DNA of 64,000 nt, from contig JADEYG010000004.1 of assembly GCA_016906335.1 (NCBI GenBank), forward strand, positions 434,001 through 498,000. Reading direction: 5' to 3'. Below the pieces are notes generated by a model that was given only the letters and a program-made list of their open reading frames with translations, made no database searches and was not told the origin of the DNA. Source of the DNA: Novakomyces olei. Its lineage: Eukaryota. A program made the translations under genes and the position numbers. Positions within the stretch are counted from its first letter, which is position 1, and the number at the start of each line of letters is the position of its first letter. Below, in pieces: positions 1-12,773 of the stretch.

Positions 1-1104
1 GATATTGGTCTTAATTATCTATTTTGATAAAATAGGGTTTCTACGCTGTTAGGGTTTAATGACGAGCATCCTCTGCTGGTGTATCATTTAAAATTTAAAG
101 TAAAATGTGGCAGATATTTTGCGTCATTTATAATTCAATACTATTGGTTCGTCTGGTCCCCTACTTGAAAGCCGTCACAATTTCTGCCAATCTTGTGCTC
201 TTTCTATTAAACCAAAATATATTTAGTACAGAAACCCTTACAAATTTTAATCAGTGGAATTGATCGACAGCGATATTTGATAATATCAATTTAATATTAT
301 TTGTAATCATACAAGCGGCGCGAAATTAGGTTGCAGTCTTTTGAGCAGTTTAGGGGTATACTGTTTCTGGCAAACTCTGAGTAAAATAAAAATAAAAATA
401 CAAAACTTTCACATGGCGGTAAACTTGTAGGCGAATATGATACGAGCATCAGAAAAATGTGTCGTATGGGGGAGAAAAAAACCAAGTAAAAAAATGCTGA
501 ATATTATTCCCATTAAGGTTAAGCGGGCAAACCATATTTGTCATTGTGTATAGTCAACAAACGCGGTGCCGCGTAAAGGTGGCAAACAAGCGTCAATTCT
601 GTCAAACAGCTTGAAGTAGGTTAAAGTGTAAGCTTCATAGACCTGAGATAGCCGTACTCCGCACACACGATAATGACGCCAAAAAAAAAGAGGACTGAGA
701 ATAATAAAAACGCGAGCACGTAAACAAATGAATTGCACCCTCTATAGTCTAAAAATCAGAAATGAGAACGGAATGACGGAGTATATACACAGAACATAGC
801 GATCTTTTTTAGCGCGTAGTTGCAAATCGTGAACGGGAAAACAAGGAATCTAAAACAAATCGCAACCAAAATCCGCTTTTAAAAACACACAAAAGTCTAA
901 ATTTTTAATGTTCGTCGGAACTATAGCGCACTGCGTAGGGCCACGTATGCCAACATGCAAAAAATGTTGAAAAGTAATTGCAGCCAAAGAGAGCCGAAGG
1001 AAGACGACGAAAGGAGGAGACAGACAAAGACGACAAAGGAGAAGCCAAACGGACAAGACGAAGGAGGAGGTGTTCATTAATTGGTTTTCTAAAAGCAGAA
1101 TAAA

Positions 1105-1221
1105 AAGAGCTGCAAAAGAGCTGCAAAAAAGCTGCAAAAAAGCTGCAAAAGAGCTGCAAAAGAGCTGCAAAAAAGCTGCAAAAGAGCTGCAAAAGAGCTG
1201 CAAAAGAGCTGCAAAAGAGCT
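1105..1221. repeat. 11-bp tandem repeat (GAGCTGCAAAA), about 10 copies, just downstream of the FAR1-like gene stop
   Basis: Directly visible; explains the repetitive ORFs at 850-1276. Confidence 0.9.
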
Positions 1222-1260
1222 TCAGAATAAAACCGAAACCAGCCCTTGCAAGAACGCTTC

Positions 1261-3090
1261 TCAATTCATTTGCTGACGGTGATGGTTAGCGAGCTGGTTA
1301 GCAGCAGGCGAAGAAGGCGTATGCTGCCTGTGTGGCTGCAAGTTCATGACTGTGGCAGGCCCCCCCACCGTCTCGTACGGCGACCGGTAATTTGAGGCAG
1401 CAGAGAAAGCGGAAGAGGGCTCCATAATTCGACCAGAGCCAGTACCAAACCGGCTATCGCCAGCATTGCCAACACCAGGAGCACCATAGAACCCAGACAA
1501 GTAAGTACTGGCGGCTCCGTGAGGGTACAGAGAAGGCAGCGATCGTTGTGTATGGTCCTCAGTGGCAACTCCACTGCCAGCAGACTGGTCCGGTTGGTAG
1601 TACTGGCCGAGTTGCTGTGGGTAGTAGGCAACTGGCCGGAACTGCTGCAGAGGAAAAGACGAGTACTCTGGCCGAATAGAAGCAGCAGCAGCAGCGGCAG
1701 CAGCGGCAGAAGAAGAGGTAGACGAAGTAGAATCGGGTCTCGAGGCAGTAAGAGGAGCTGCCTGAGTATTCATCGTCTCTGGCCGGTAGTAATTGACAGC
1801 GTACCCTCCATTCATCTCGTACCCTTCGCCGGCAGCGGCAGAGTGGTAAGCAGAGGCCGGCTGCTGCATGAACGGTGAAGCGTTGAACGGTGTAGAAGCG
1901 GCAGTCGAGGCTGAAGGTGAAGGCAGAGCCGTACTGCCAAGGCCATTGCCAATAGCAGAGCCAATACTGCCAGCAGAGCCACTGCCAATGCCACTGCCAA
2001 TGGCAGTTTTGCCATTGGCAAACTGCAGTTTCCGCTTCCTCAGCCGCTGCCGCAGATTGTACAAGTCGGCCGGAATCAGCATGCATCCGCCCGGCGACTC
2101 GGTGTTGAGGATAGAGATAATCTTGCGCGGCTTGAGTCCTGCGTCAGTGAGCTGGCAGATCCGCTCGAGAACGGGCGGAGAGATTTTCCGCAGAGACGGG
2201 TGGTCTTTTGGGTCGTTGGACATTTCGTGGTTATGTGCCGCGTTCTCAAAGACAACGACCCATCCGCCCTGAGGCGTCTCTGTCCCAACGACGCTAAAGG
2301 GACACTCTATCCGCCTCGACGGCGGCGTGTGCCTTCGCCGGGCCGAGTCTCTGCCGTTATTGTTAAATTTATTGTTATTATTATTATTATTATTATTGCT
2401 ATTATTGTTATTGTTGTTATTGTTATTGTTATCAAACTCGTGTGCCTTTTTCCTTGGCCGCCCGCCTCTGTCGCACTGCAGCCAGAACCGCTGAGATTTG
2501 CTCCGCAGAATAGCCACACCGTACCCGTGCTCCCGTCCGTGCTGCCGCACGTACTCGAGCGCGGCCTCTCGGTCGGCAAACACGAGCGCTGCCGATCTGT
2601 CTGGCGCAGTCTCGACGTGCACCTGTGGCAGATTTGGGTCTTGGCCAGTTTGAGAGTTAGAGTGTTGACCAGAGTTAGAGTGTTGGCCGGTCAATGACAT
2701 TGTCAATGGCTGAGCCATTGACTGCTCCATTGACAGAGCCATTGGCTGAGCCAATGGCCGAGAAGATTGCTGAGCCATTGGCTGAGGAAAAGCCGGCGCT
2801 CGCGGAACAGCGGCCGACGGGCCGAACGGCTCGGCCCGTGTCGGCGCGGGCAGCATATAGTGGCCCAGTTGCTGGTAGACGGGCAGTGGCACAGGAGCAG
2901 GTGCAGGAGCAGGTGTAGAGTGCTGCGCCTGCAGTGCCGGCTTGAGTAGTGGATCTGTCGGCGCAAACCCGGCTGCTCCCGCGAACAGCGGCGGGGCGAG
3001 TGCGCCTGCTGGTGGAGGCATAAACGGCTGCGCCCGAGTGTGCGGAGGCCGCGGAGGTGGGCCGAGCGAGTCCGCGTGGTTTGCGCTCAT
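1261..3090 (-). CDS. FAR1/WRKY-GCM1-type zinc-finger protein (Mutator-transposase-derived putative transcription factor)
   Basis: 609-aa ORF; F.DRE....YVRQHG..HGYGVAILRS...CDRGG...SRRIECPF...W......HNH, then LTDAGLKPRKI...DLYNLRQRLR; flanked by P/Q/S/A-rich low-complexity regions; no DDE domain. Confidence 0.75.
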   Translation of the reverse strand: MSANHADSLGPPPRPPHTRAQPFMPPPAGALAPPLFAGAAGFAPTDPLLKPALQAQHSTPAPAPAPVPLPVYQQLGHYMLPAPTRAEPFGPSAAVPRAPAFPQPMAQQSSRPLAQPMALSMEQSMAQPLTMSLTGQHSNSGQHSNSQTGQDPNLPQVHVETAPDRSAALVFADREAALEYVRQHGREHGYGVAILRSKSQRFWLQCDRGGRPRKKAHEFDNNNNNNNNNNSNNNNNNNNNKFNNNGRDSARRRHTPPSRRIECPFSVVGTETPQGGWVVVFENAAHNHEMSNDPKDHPSLRKISPPVLERICQLTDAGLKPRKIISILNTESPGGCMLIPADLYNLRQRLRKRKLQFANGKTAIGSGIGSGSAGSIGSAIGNGLGSTALPSPSASTAASTPFNASPFMQQPASAYHSAAAGEGYEMNGGYAVNYYRPETMNTQAAPLTASRPDSTSSTSSSAAAAAAAAASIRPEYSSFPLQQFRPVAYYPQQLGQYYQPDQSAGSGVATEDHTQRSLPSLYPHGAASTYLSGFYGAPGVGNAGDSRFGTGSGRIMEPSSAFSAASNYRSPYETVGGPATVMNLQPHRQHTPSSPAANQLANHHRQQMN

Positions 3091-3683
3091 CGATCAGCGC
3101 ATGTGTCCCAGTCGTTGGCACGTGTGACGAATGGGTACAGCGGTGTGCGTGCACACACTCACTCACATATGTATGTGTATAGTACTAAAATATTTTACTT
3201 CAAGTAAGGCTGCTGCTGTCTAACCTTGTGGTAATTCTATAGTGGTAATTCTATAGTGGATATCCATCCCTATTAATGTCGTACGCTGTTGCCAAAGTGG
3301 AATAATCATCCATGTCGTACTCTCATTACACTTATTCCGTGCTGAATATACAACACGCCTATACACTCTAAACCCATACTCTCCGTGACGCCGAGCAAGT
3401 ATACACTCGTCTTTTGCTCGTAATGTTACTCTAACTGTACTTTTATTATATTTTTACTCCATACTATTCCTGTACTATACTATTCCTGTACTCTATACTA
3501 TTCCTGTACTCTATACTATTCCTATGACTGTCTATACTAATCTCTATACTGCTGTTCTCTATACTATTCTCTGTACTCTGTACCATCTCTCTCACTATAC
3601 TCTAAACTATTCTCTCTATGGCTCTCCATGTACTTACTCTCTATATAGAAATACTCCAATCTTTATGTTCTTAACTTTGTATA

Positions 3684-4100
3684 CTCTATATTGTCTCTAC
3701 TGTCTCTACTCTATCTATACTCTCTACTCTATCTATACTCTCTACTCTATCTATACTCTCTACTCTATCTATACTCTCTCTGCTCTACTCTCTACTCTAT
3801 CTATACTCTACTCTATAATCTACTCTATACTCTATCTATACTCTCTACTCTATCTATACTCTCTACTCTATCTATACTCTCTCTGCTCTACTCTCTACTC
3901 TATCTATACTCTACTCTATAATCTACTCTATACTCTATCTATACTCTCTCTACTCTACTCTCTACTCTACTCTCTACTCTACTCTATACTCTGCTCTCTA
4001 CTCTTACTCTACTCTACTCTACTCTACTCTACTCTACTCTACTCTACTCTACTCTACTCTACTCTACTCTACTCTACTCTACTCTACTCTACTCTACTCT
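3684..4100. repeat. (TACTC)n / CTATCTATACTCT degenerate microsatellite
   Basis: Directly visible; pure pentamer from about 4005 to 4100. Confidence 0.95.
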
Positions 4101-4600
4101 ATTCCATATAACGTTCGCCAAACTAATATTTGAAAAAGTAACCACCTATCCTGTCCTTATCGAAGTAAACAAGGTAGCAGTGCTATCGTAATATAGGCGA
4201 AACTCGAGGATCAGAGTCTTGATCAGTGACGTTTTCAAAGCATAAAGATCTACATTAAACTACGTAAAGCTACGACGAATGGGTCCATGCTTATCGACCA
4301 CGAGTAGACGAGTAGATACTTTTTTGGTTCCCTTAACACCATTTGCCGTACGAATCCCAAGATAAGGTTGATGGCCCTGTAATTGTACAACTATACAACT
4401 TCCTATACTCAACTTACTAGACTCAACTTACTTATACTCAACTTACTATACACAACTTACTACACAACTTACTATACACCTATACTTGCTATATTATACT
4501 GCCCACTTGTTATACAAACTCCATCCAAATACAGTGTTATTATTGCACTGCCTCTCACGCGCGAGCATTGCTCTGTTTGCGTCCATGACAAACTCCACGG

Positions 4601-6714
4601 ATGACTGACGCGATAGTCGTGTCGAGCGATCGTGTCTCATACAACTTGAGCTCAAGCATATACTCTGACGGTCTTGGCGACGATAGTGTTTTTGTGCTGG
4701 AGCCTGGCGATGGTAACTACACTTTTGTCGCCAATCGCGTAAGGACCGACGACGACATCCTCGTCCAGAGCTCTCCTCCACGAGAGGATCACATTGCGTA
4801 AGTGTTCAACCGTTGGAGATTATAAATACCGGGGGACAAGGGCAATCGTCTGCTTGCTTGTCTGTTTGTTTGCTTATTTGTTTATTATTTATTTATTTAC
4901 TCTATTTCTAATAGTGGCAAGCTGACAATGGCAGGGTTTTGCGTAGCGCAGACTCCGAGCTGGGCTCTTTACCAGACTTGGACATTTTGATCGGCAGTCA
5001 ACGGTCCGTACACGGCCGCTCACCTGCTTCTACAGGATCGAATGCCTTTGTCTCTGCGACGGACGAGCCGGTGGCAGTTGGCACGGGTAACATCCAGGAG
5101 AATAATTGTGCAATTGGCTATTTGGCCCCGGCAGGGGACGGCTTGCGTGCAAATCTAGATTGCGGAGAGACTGTTGCTGCCGATGCTTCTAGTATTTGGA
5201 GCAGTCCAAGCAACACCAGGACTGCCGGACATTGTTATACAGCCAAATTTGACATACAAGCTGAAGCGCAAGCTGAAGCGCAAGCTGAAGCGCAAGATGA
5301 ATCACAAGATGAAACGCAGGCTGAAACAATTGAAGTTGAGCCTTCTAGAGTAGATGAAACTACTGGAGTAGAATCTGCAGGAGGACGTAAACGCCAGCTA
5401 GTCGATGAAGTTCAGTGCTCGGTAACGCTGAATGCAGAAGCGTGCCTTCACTACGAGAAAACTGCTTCGAGTTTGGCTGCTTCTGACTGCCAAGGAACTG
5501 AGCCAGTGGAGACTGAATCGCTCCCAGACACTGACCCGGTCGCAACCAAAAAGGCGCGACTAGATGCTCGTAAAGCTCAGCAGCAGGCCAAGAAAACACA
5601 GCAACAAGAGACCAAAATAGCAAAGCAAAGAGAGCAGCAACATGCTCGTGAAGAGGCCCGCATTGCGCGGCAGTTGGAACGCGAACGGAAACTGGAACTT
5701 AAAACAAAGGCGCTAGAGTTCCAGGCAGTTAACCGGATCCGGACTTCCAAGGCTGAATGCTACAGTGAAATGACGGTAGAAATCGATGCCGATTTGCCCG
5801 AGTCACTGACAAATGCTGTTACCGAACTCTGTCATGATTGCCGATGCGTGTGTGTCAAACGGCAATTGATTCCCTGCTCAGTTACCTGGCAAAGATGGAA
5901 CAATTGCCTCTGGGATAACGATCTCGGCACTTTTGTACCCTGCCAAGAGTTTTCTTGCACTGAACCGTTTGTAATTATTTTATACGAGGCTCCTCAGTTT
6001 ATGGAAATGCTAAAGGACCCTCTTACCCATGACAATCCGGCCGAGTCTAGTCGGAAAAAATACCACAATTTCTGTAAAAATGTGCGTGCAGTACACGCAC
6101 AGCCAGCACTTGTATTAATTGTGATTGAGGGCGTTGCCAAATTTTTTAAATCTCGAAAATTAAATTTTAATCGTCAGTTTTCCAGTGCAGTTCGCAATGG
6201 AGCGAGCAAAGAGGCCATTGACCGGCTGAAGCGACTGGCACAGGACGGAGGGTCGCCTTCAGAAAGCGAATTTGAGGATGCGCTACTGGATCTACAGACA
6301 GATTACGGATTTCATTCTGTTTTGTCTAGTGGCCCCAGTCAGACTGCCTCCTTGATTCATTCCTACACTGGGCATATTGGCTTTAGCAAGTACAAGCAGA
6401 CGAGAACAGCTTCACTGGGGGCCTTACAATTCTGTGGAGAGTCGGGTCAAATAAAGACAGGCACCGATGCTTATGACACATACCAGAAAATGCTCTGCCA
6501 GATCAACTCGGTGACTCCGCAGATCGCTGCTTCAATTGCCCTCGCTTTCCCCACTTTGCAATCGCTCACTAATGCACTGTGCCGGAAGGGCGAACGGGCT
6601 CTTGTTGGTGTCCAGATTGGTACCACGTACAATAGCCGCGCTATTGGCGCAAGTCTTTCACGAAAGATTCACCACGCGTTCATGTGCAAGGACGCAGAGG
6701 CATTAGTGAACTAG
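4601..6714 (+). CDS. EME1: Crossover junction endonuclease subunit Eme1/Mms4 (ERCC4 domain)
   Basis: Exon 4601-4797, intron GTAAGT 4798-4934 (GCTGAC..CAG), in frame with ORF to 6714; motifs VIEGV, EDALLDLQ, FCGESGQIKTGTD..DTYQKML.QI..VT..IA.SI...FPT, IGASLSRKIH. Confidence 0.85.
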
Positions 6715-6947
6715 CTCCAACTCTGTATATACTATTCCTTGTGCTTATAGTGGACTTTGTGTATGTATTATTATGATTGCGCAAGCCGTATGTCGGACGT
6801 GTAGACTCGGTGTCTTGGATTATATACACAGTATCTTTAATTGTATTTGGAAACGCTTATCCAACAATTTACATTACAAGGTACTATATTCACCCTGATA
6901 AACCCGAATAACACTATAAACACTAATACCACTAATAATTAATAGTT

Positions 6948-9070
6948 CTAATAAACCCTGCCATCCAGAATGCTAAGGACCATGTGCCGGCGAATATTAA
7001 TCATGTCCGACTGGCTAAAGTCAATATTTGCGCCACGCGAAAGGCACTCGGCTGTCTTGCACGCAAACACTCCACAATCAGACCCGTTTGTTTGCTGTGG
7101 GGCATCTTGAGCCGTATAATCAGGCCAATCATCTATACTTATCCCGGTTTCTTCACGGTAGTAAGCGCGTAGCAAATCAAGCGCAGGACCCACACGGCCG
7201 CCCAGTGAGTCCCAGTACTCGAGTCGCCGTTCCCGCTTGTTGATCACGGCGACACACCAATGGACGTTTAAATGAACAGGCACAATAACAAGATCCAAGT
7301 CGGCTACATTGACCTGCGCCTTTTTCGCCCACCGTCTAACGCCCACGTAACCCCTTTTTTGGAGAGTTGTATAGAAAAATGTATTGAAACAATGGACACG
7401 TGGCAAATTCTCCTGATTACCGACGGACCTTTCTATGAGTAGATTCATATAAAAGTTTATAACTTCGTCGTTCAGCCACTGGTGGTCGCTCAGTGTCCGT
7501 ATATCGTGCGGTGTAATGGCAATATTAAACCTGTCTATCAATACTCCATCCGGCTGAGCAAACGCGGCTTTCACACGTGCCAGTTGCTCTGTAGTTACAG
7601 GCTTGACTCCAGCCCTTGTAAACTTTTGCCGAACTTGCTGATCTCGAAGCCTACGTTCGTGTTCCAATCGACTCCAGCCTTTGAAATGAAGACTGCTTTG
7701 TTCCTTTAACTGTTCAACAAGTAGTGCGAAACTGACACTGTCATCGTCGCCTTCGCCTTTGAATTGTAAGGATAGTGGGGGAGCTGCTGCTGATGAAGAT
7801 TTAGAGGCGGTCGAGGGGTTGAAACGCTGATATTCCGCTTTGTGCTCTCGTCCAGAAACATTAGCCATATTGACTTGGCTGTGGACTTGCCGCGCCGATA
7901 ATGACAGTGGTCTAGTGTTGGCTCGTTGAGCCGCAATTGAGTCCAATAACAGCTGCCGTGGATCTTTTGGCCGTGGACGACTAAACATCATACCCCGGAT
8001 ACTCGTGCGGGGCTCTGGCTCGAAGGGGTTTCGTAGCAAAGACATATTAGGGTTAGGGTTAATCGAGTAGTTTTTGGTAGAAGCAAGTGAAGGGTTGGGC
8101 ATTGCTCTGACGTTGCTGCTTTCTTTTAAGGGAGCGGACTCACGGAAACCGAAGCCTTCGCCTTTGTTAGAATCGGCGTCTCTGTGCAGCATGGGTTTAC
8201 TATAGCCCCGGGAATCAATGTCAACAGACATATTACCAGCATTGGCGTAATAATCATTACGTTGCTGCTTCTGTACTGAGAGACGATGATCTGTCGATAC
8301 ATCCGTGTCTACTTGCATCGCATCATCATCATCATCACCATCCACCAGAAGCCTCCGCCTTTTACGCGAATGTTCCTCCGTAACAGACGCGACGTACCGT
8401 ACCCCGGAAGCACTGTGACTGATCACTGAAATTAGAATATATTCACATCAACAAGAACAGGAAAATAAACAACTTTGAATGAGGTAGAATTAAAAAGAAA
8501 CTGAAAAATAAAGAATGATAGAGAGGCAATTAAGGCTGATGAGAAAAGTTATGACGAAGCAGCAGAGCTTAAAGGGAAAGCAAAAATGCGAGAAAGCCAA
8601 AAGGCGAGAAAGCCAAAAGGCGGGCAAGCTTTTAAAGACTAAAAAATTAAAGGCCCGACAAAAAATGAGTCTATAAAAAGTATTTAAAACAGTTGGTAAA
8701 ATATTGCGTTTGAAATATTCAAAGAAATGGTAAACAGATCAAACCCGATTTTGAACAAAGGCGACAGGTCATTAATGACAAAAATACTTTAGAACTCACC
8801 ATTTTTCATAGCGGCAAAGCAGCATTTCAGCGATACCCAAGAAAAAGCTAATGCTGTACGTAACGCGCCACAAACACGATCAGGCGTTATTACGAGCGGT
8901 GCTTCTTGTGACGTAAATTGTTCTGATTCTAACAACAAAGGCCTATGCCGCCGTCGAGGCCGATGGTGATTGCGACGAGCCGTGATATTCTCATTTCCAC
9001 GTGTTGGCGCAGGCGAAAGCGCGTGTGACCTGCGGTAAGTGTCCGCCGGCCGAAGCACAATTGGGTCCAT
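6948..9070 (-). CDS. ULP1: SUMO protease Ulp1 (peptidase C48)
   Basis: WLNDEVINFY, FNTFFY, PVHLNVHW, PQQTNGSDCGVF; exon 9070-8800, intron 8799-8426 (GTGAGT..CTAAT..CAG) in frame. Confidence 0.9.
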
Positions 9071-9108
9071 TCTGAGGCAGAAGCCTCGCAAGGCGTTTGT
9101 TGAATGTT

Positions 9109-9471
<363 letters not shown>

Positions 9472-9610
9472 ATCTAGCAATTGTCAAACAGACTCATAAT
9501 TGAGCTGCATTATAAAGCAACGCCTAAACAACAATGACCACGAGGCAACTGCCTTTTAGTTCAACATAATGGCCGCGACTTTGCGCACCAAATAAACCAA
9601 AACGCCAAAA

Positions 9611-10935
9611 ATGCCTCCGAGTAGCGCATCGGCAAAACAGCAGTGTCCAATTGCCGTCAGATCAATTCCTCATTTAGATCTGGTTTTAGGCTACAATGGG
9701 GTCAGTGCCACATTGTAATGACAAACTCCATCCAGCAATTACGTCCGACTAACCATTAGGCCGCGCATTGAAGGCATCGTCGAGATTGACGCGGCACCCG
9801 GGGCTCTTATACAAGTAAGCCATGTGGCAGTTGGTCTGTACAAGCGGGAGAGTGTAGAGCCGCCGTCCGCGACTCTGCAATTCGGCAGCAGTCGGCATAC
9901 ACAAAGTGCCGTGGTAGACCGCGAGATCGTCCTGTGGCAGGCTCCTCGGGGTCGGGCCGTTTATGAGGTTTATCGTATGAGACTGCCGTTCTGTCTTCCT
10001 CTACCGCAGCCGCTGCCGTGCTCCCTCGCCTACCCCGACGGCCTCTGTGAGACTGCCTACTCTGTCCAGGCGACGCTTTACCACTGCCAAACGGACTATA
10101 AAACGGCGGCTGTACCTGTCTGGATAGAGAGGTACGACTACCTTTCTGCCTGGGGCATGTACAATACACCGCGCAGTGTTTCTGTACACGGGGCCGATCA
10201 TGTAGTGGAGATGGAGGTCAGTGTGCCAAAGACCTGCTGTGGGCCGCAGGATTTAGTCTCAGTTTTCGTACAGCTACGGCCAAACCCTGACTGGCCGTCA
10301 AAGGCTGGTAAAGTTAGGGTTAAGGAGTTTGTTTTACAGATAGAAGAGGTGATTACTTGGCACCACATCGTCAAGGACAGGGACAGGGCGCCCACGCGGA
10401 AGGAGAAAATTCTACGGTTCGAAGTGGACATGAAGGATGCGAAGCTGCCGGTAAGCTAACGCTTTTTCTGCGTTTGTGTTTGATATTTAAACATTATTTA
10501 TCGACTAATAATCAGACGGAGGGTATAACACGCGAACTGACCACGCCTTACCCCAGCACTAATAACCGGGATGCGAACAGTTACAATTGTACAAGGAAAG
10601 GTGCCCTGCATCCATACTCGCCGGTAACGGGCTATACCACACAGACAGATCTATATACGATAAGCTACTCTATAATTGTGAAGGCTGTCCTTCACAAAGC
10701 GAAGGATATTTCGGCCAGTGTGCCCCTCACCGTGTGTCCCATGGACAGGACGGAAGCAGCATTGGAGATTCGCAAAATCGAGGATGCTGTGATGGAAACA
10801 AGGAGCTTGTTTCCCGCAAATATCGTTGTTCCTGGCCTCAAGGCAGAAGCTGAAATTGTCTCTGCGGACGATCATCTGCCTGGCTGGAAAGGTGAAGGCT
10901 CGGAACGGACGGGGAAGACCGTGCTGCTCGAGTAA
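9611..10935 (+). CDS. Arrestin-fold protein (fungal GYxGxSATLPRIEG family)
   Basis: Spliced N-terminus LGYNGVSATLPRIEGIVEI (intron 9715-9759); beta-sandwich pattern LPF.LPLP..LP.S; second intron about 10450-10516. Confidence 0.65.
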
Positions 10936-11175
10936 TTGTGTATATATATTGATGTATATATTTCGATGTGCATGTTTAATTTTACAAGGCAAAGCATTGC
11001 TGTTGGCACTATACATACATACTAATACATTGTCCTGATACTTTGCGTAGTGCATTCTCGTAAAATATTTTTGTCATACTTTGTAATATATGTGTAATAT
11101 AGTTGTAATATACTCTTAATATTTACAACAAATTGTACGGATAAATCGTTTGTAACTTGCATTAATAATGCACGA

Positions 11176-12494
11176 CTACTTGAATAACTTGCTTTGACTA
11201 ATATCTTGGTTGGTGGTCTTGCTCATAACCTTTGTAACAGCCATCTCAAAATCATCTTGAGTAACGTGCAATCTGCCTTCACGTAAACAAAACATACCCG
11301 CCTCGGTACAAACTCCCTTAAGCTCGGCCCCAGAAGCTCCGTTCATTTTTTCCGCAATTTTATGCAGATCAATCCCACGCGTAAGGTTCATACGCCTCGA
11401 ATGAATACGCAGGATATCCGTACGCGCATCCACAGAAGGCGGAGGGAACTCTATTTTACGATCAATTCGGCCGGGCCGTAAAAGCGCAGAGTCGAGAATA
11501 TCAATACGGTTGGTCGCCATGATCACTTTAATGTTTTTTGTAGGTTCGAACCCGTCAAGCTGGTTCAGCAGCTCCAGCATTGTCCGCTGCACTTCACTGT
11601 CTCCACCCCCACTGCCGCCCTCTGTCCGACTGCTTCCAATACTGTCAATTTCGTCCATGAATATAATACTTGGTGCGTGTTCACGGGCCATAATGAAAAG
11701 CTCTCGGACCATTCTGCTGCCCTCGCCGATATATTTCTGCACAAGTTCCGATCCCGATACACGGATGAACCGGCAGTCTGTGTGGTGAGCCACTGCACGG
11801 GCCAGTAAGGTTTTTCCAGTGCCAGGTGGCCCATACAATAAGACACCCTTTGGCTGAGCGATGCCCAGGGATTCGAACAGTTCTGGGTGTTTGATTGGCA
11901 GCTCGATAACCTCTTTGATTTCCTTGATTTGCTGTTCCAGGCCACCGACTTGTTCGTAAGTAGAATCTGGCACTTTTTCCAGCATCATTAGTGAGACAAG
12001 CGGGTCAATTTTGCTGGGCAAAATTTTATGCAGCTGGTAAGAATCGTTGCGTAAAGCTACACGCAAGCTCTGTTTCAAGTCTTTGACGTCAACATCCGGC
12101 GACAAATCCACCACGTATTTGCCTTCCGGGTGAACTTTGACCAGCACTTTGTTCTTGCTCATTACTTTAATAACCTCGCCCACGTAGGATCCCGCTTCTT
12201 GTAGAAGCTGCAATTCTTCCCTCAGCAATCGTACACGAGCATTGAGAGAATTGCGCTGAGCCTCCAGTCGCCGTAGAGTTACCGTCTTTTCCACAATCTA
12301 CCGCACAAGTTAGTATACAGCTATTATTGGACTGTTATATTGCTACTGTCTCCTTCTTTCATAAGGCTTCTTGGGCCCATTACCTCTAGCTCAGTCTCCT
12401 CAATCTTGGACGTGTAATAGTTGCTCAGACCTTCTGGCCGCAAAGCTGAAGCGAGCCCTGCTTCGCGCTCGGCCGCGCTCACCGCCAGTGTCAT
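11176..12494 (-). CDS. RPT6: 26S proteasome AAA-ATPase Rpt6
   Basis: [49 protein letters not shown]; first exon from ATG 12494, one intron. Confidence 0.97.
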
Positions 12495-12773
12495 GGTGAT
12501 TACGTGGAGGATGTAGTATTCATAATATTGTATATAAAATATATGAAAATATATGACAGTATATATATGAAAATATATGAGTATGTATGAAAAATATATT
12601 GTATAATTATGTGAATTATAATAAAATGCAATAATCTATTAAAAACGAGCGTCTTGTATACAAAATTGACTAAATTCCTACACGTATATTATCATAAACG
12701 CAAAAATGTAAAAGAATAAACGAAACAGTGATTGTACTAAAGCACACGCACATCTCCAATGACATAATCCGGC

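Noticed and set aside
578..586. GGTGGCAAA (Rpn4/PACE) match
   Set aside because: Far from any proteasome gene promoter in this window; a single copy is compatible with chance
3524..4111. Long hydrophobic ORFs over repeats (also 850-1276, 9039-9503, 37149-37832 and the N-terminal part of 57591)
   Set aside because: Translations of stop-free microsatellites, not proteins
8047..8063. TTAGGGTTAGGGTT as an interstitial telomere or telomerase template
   Set aside because: Inside the ULP1 CDS, encoding INPNPN; only about 2 units
11560..11585. Alternative yeast CUG code
   Set aside because: CTG codons fall at invariant Leu positions ([10 protein letters not shown] in Rpt6), so the code is standard
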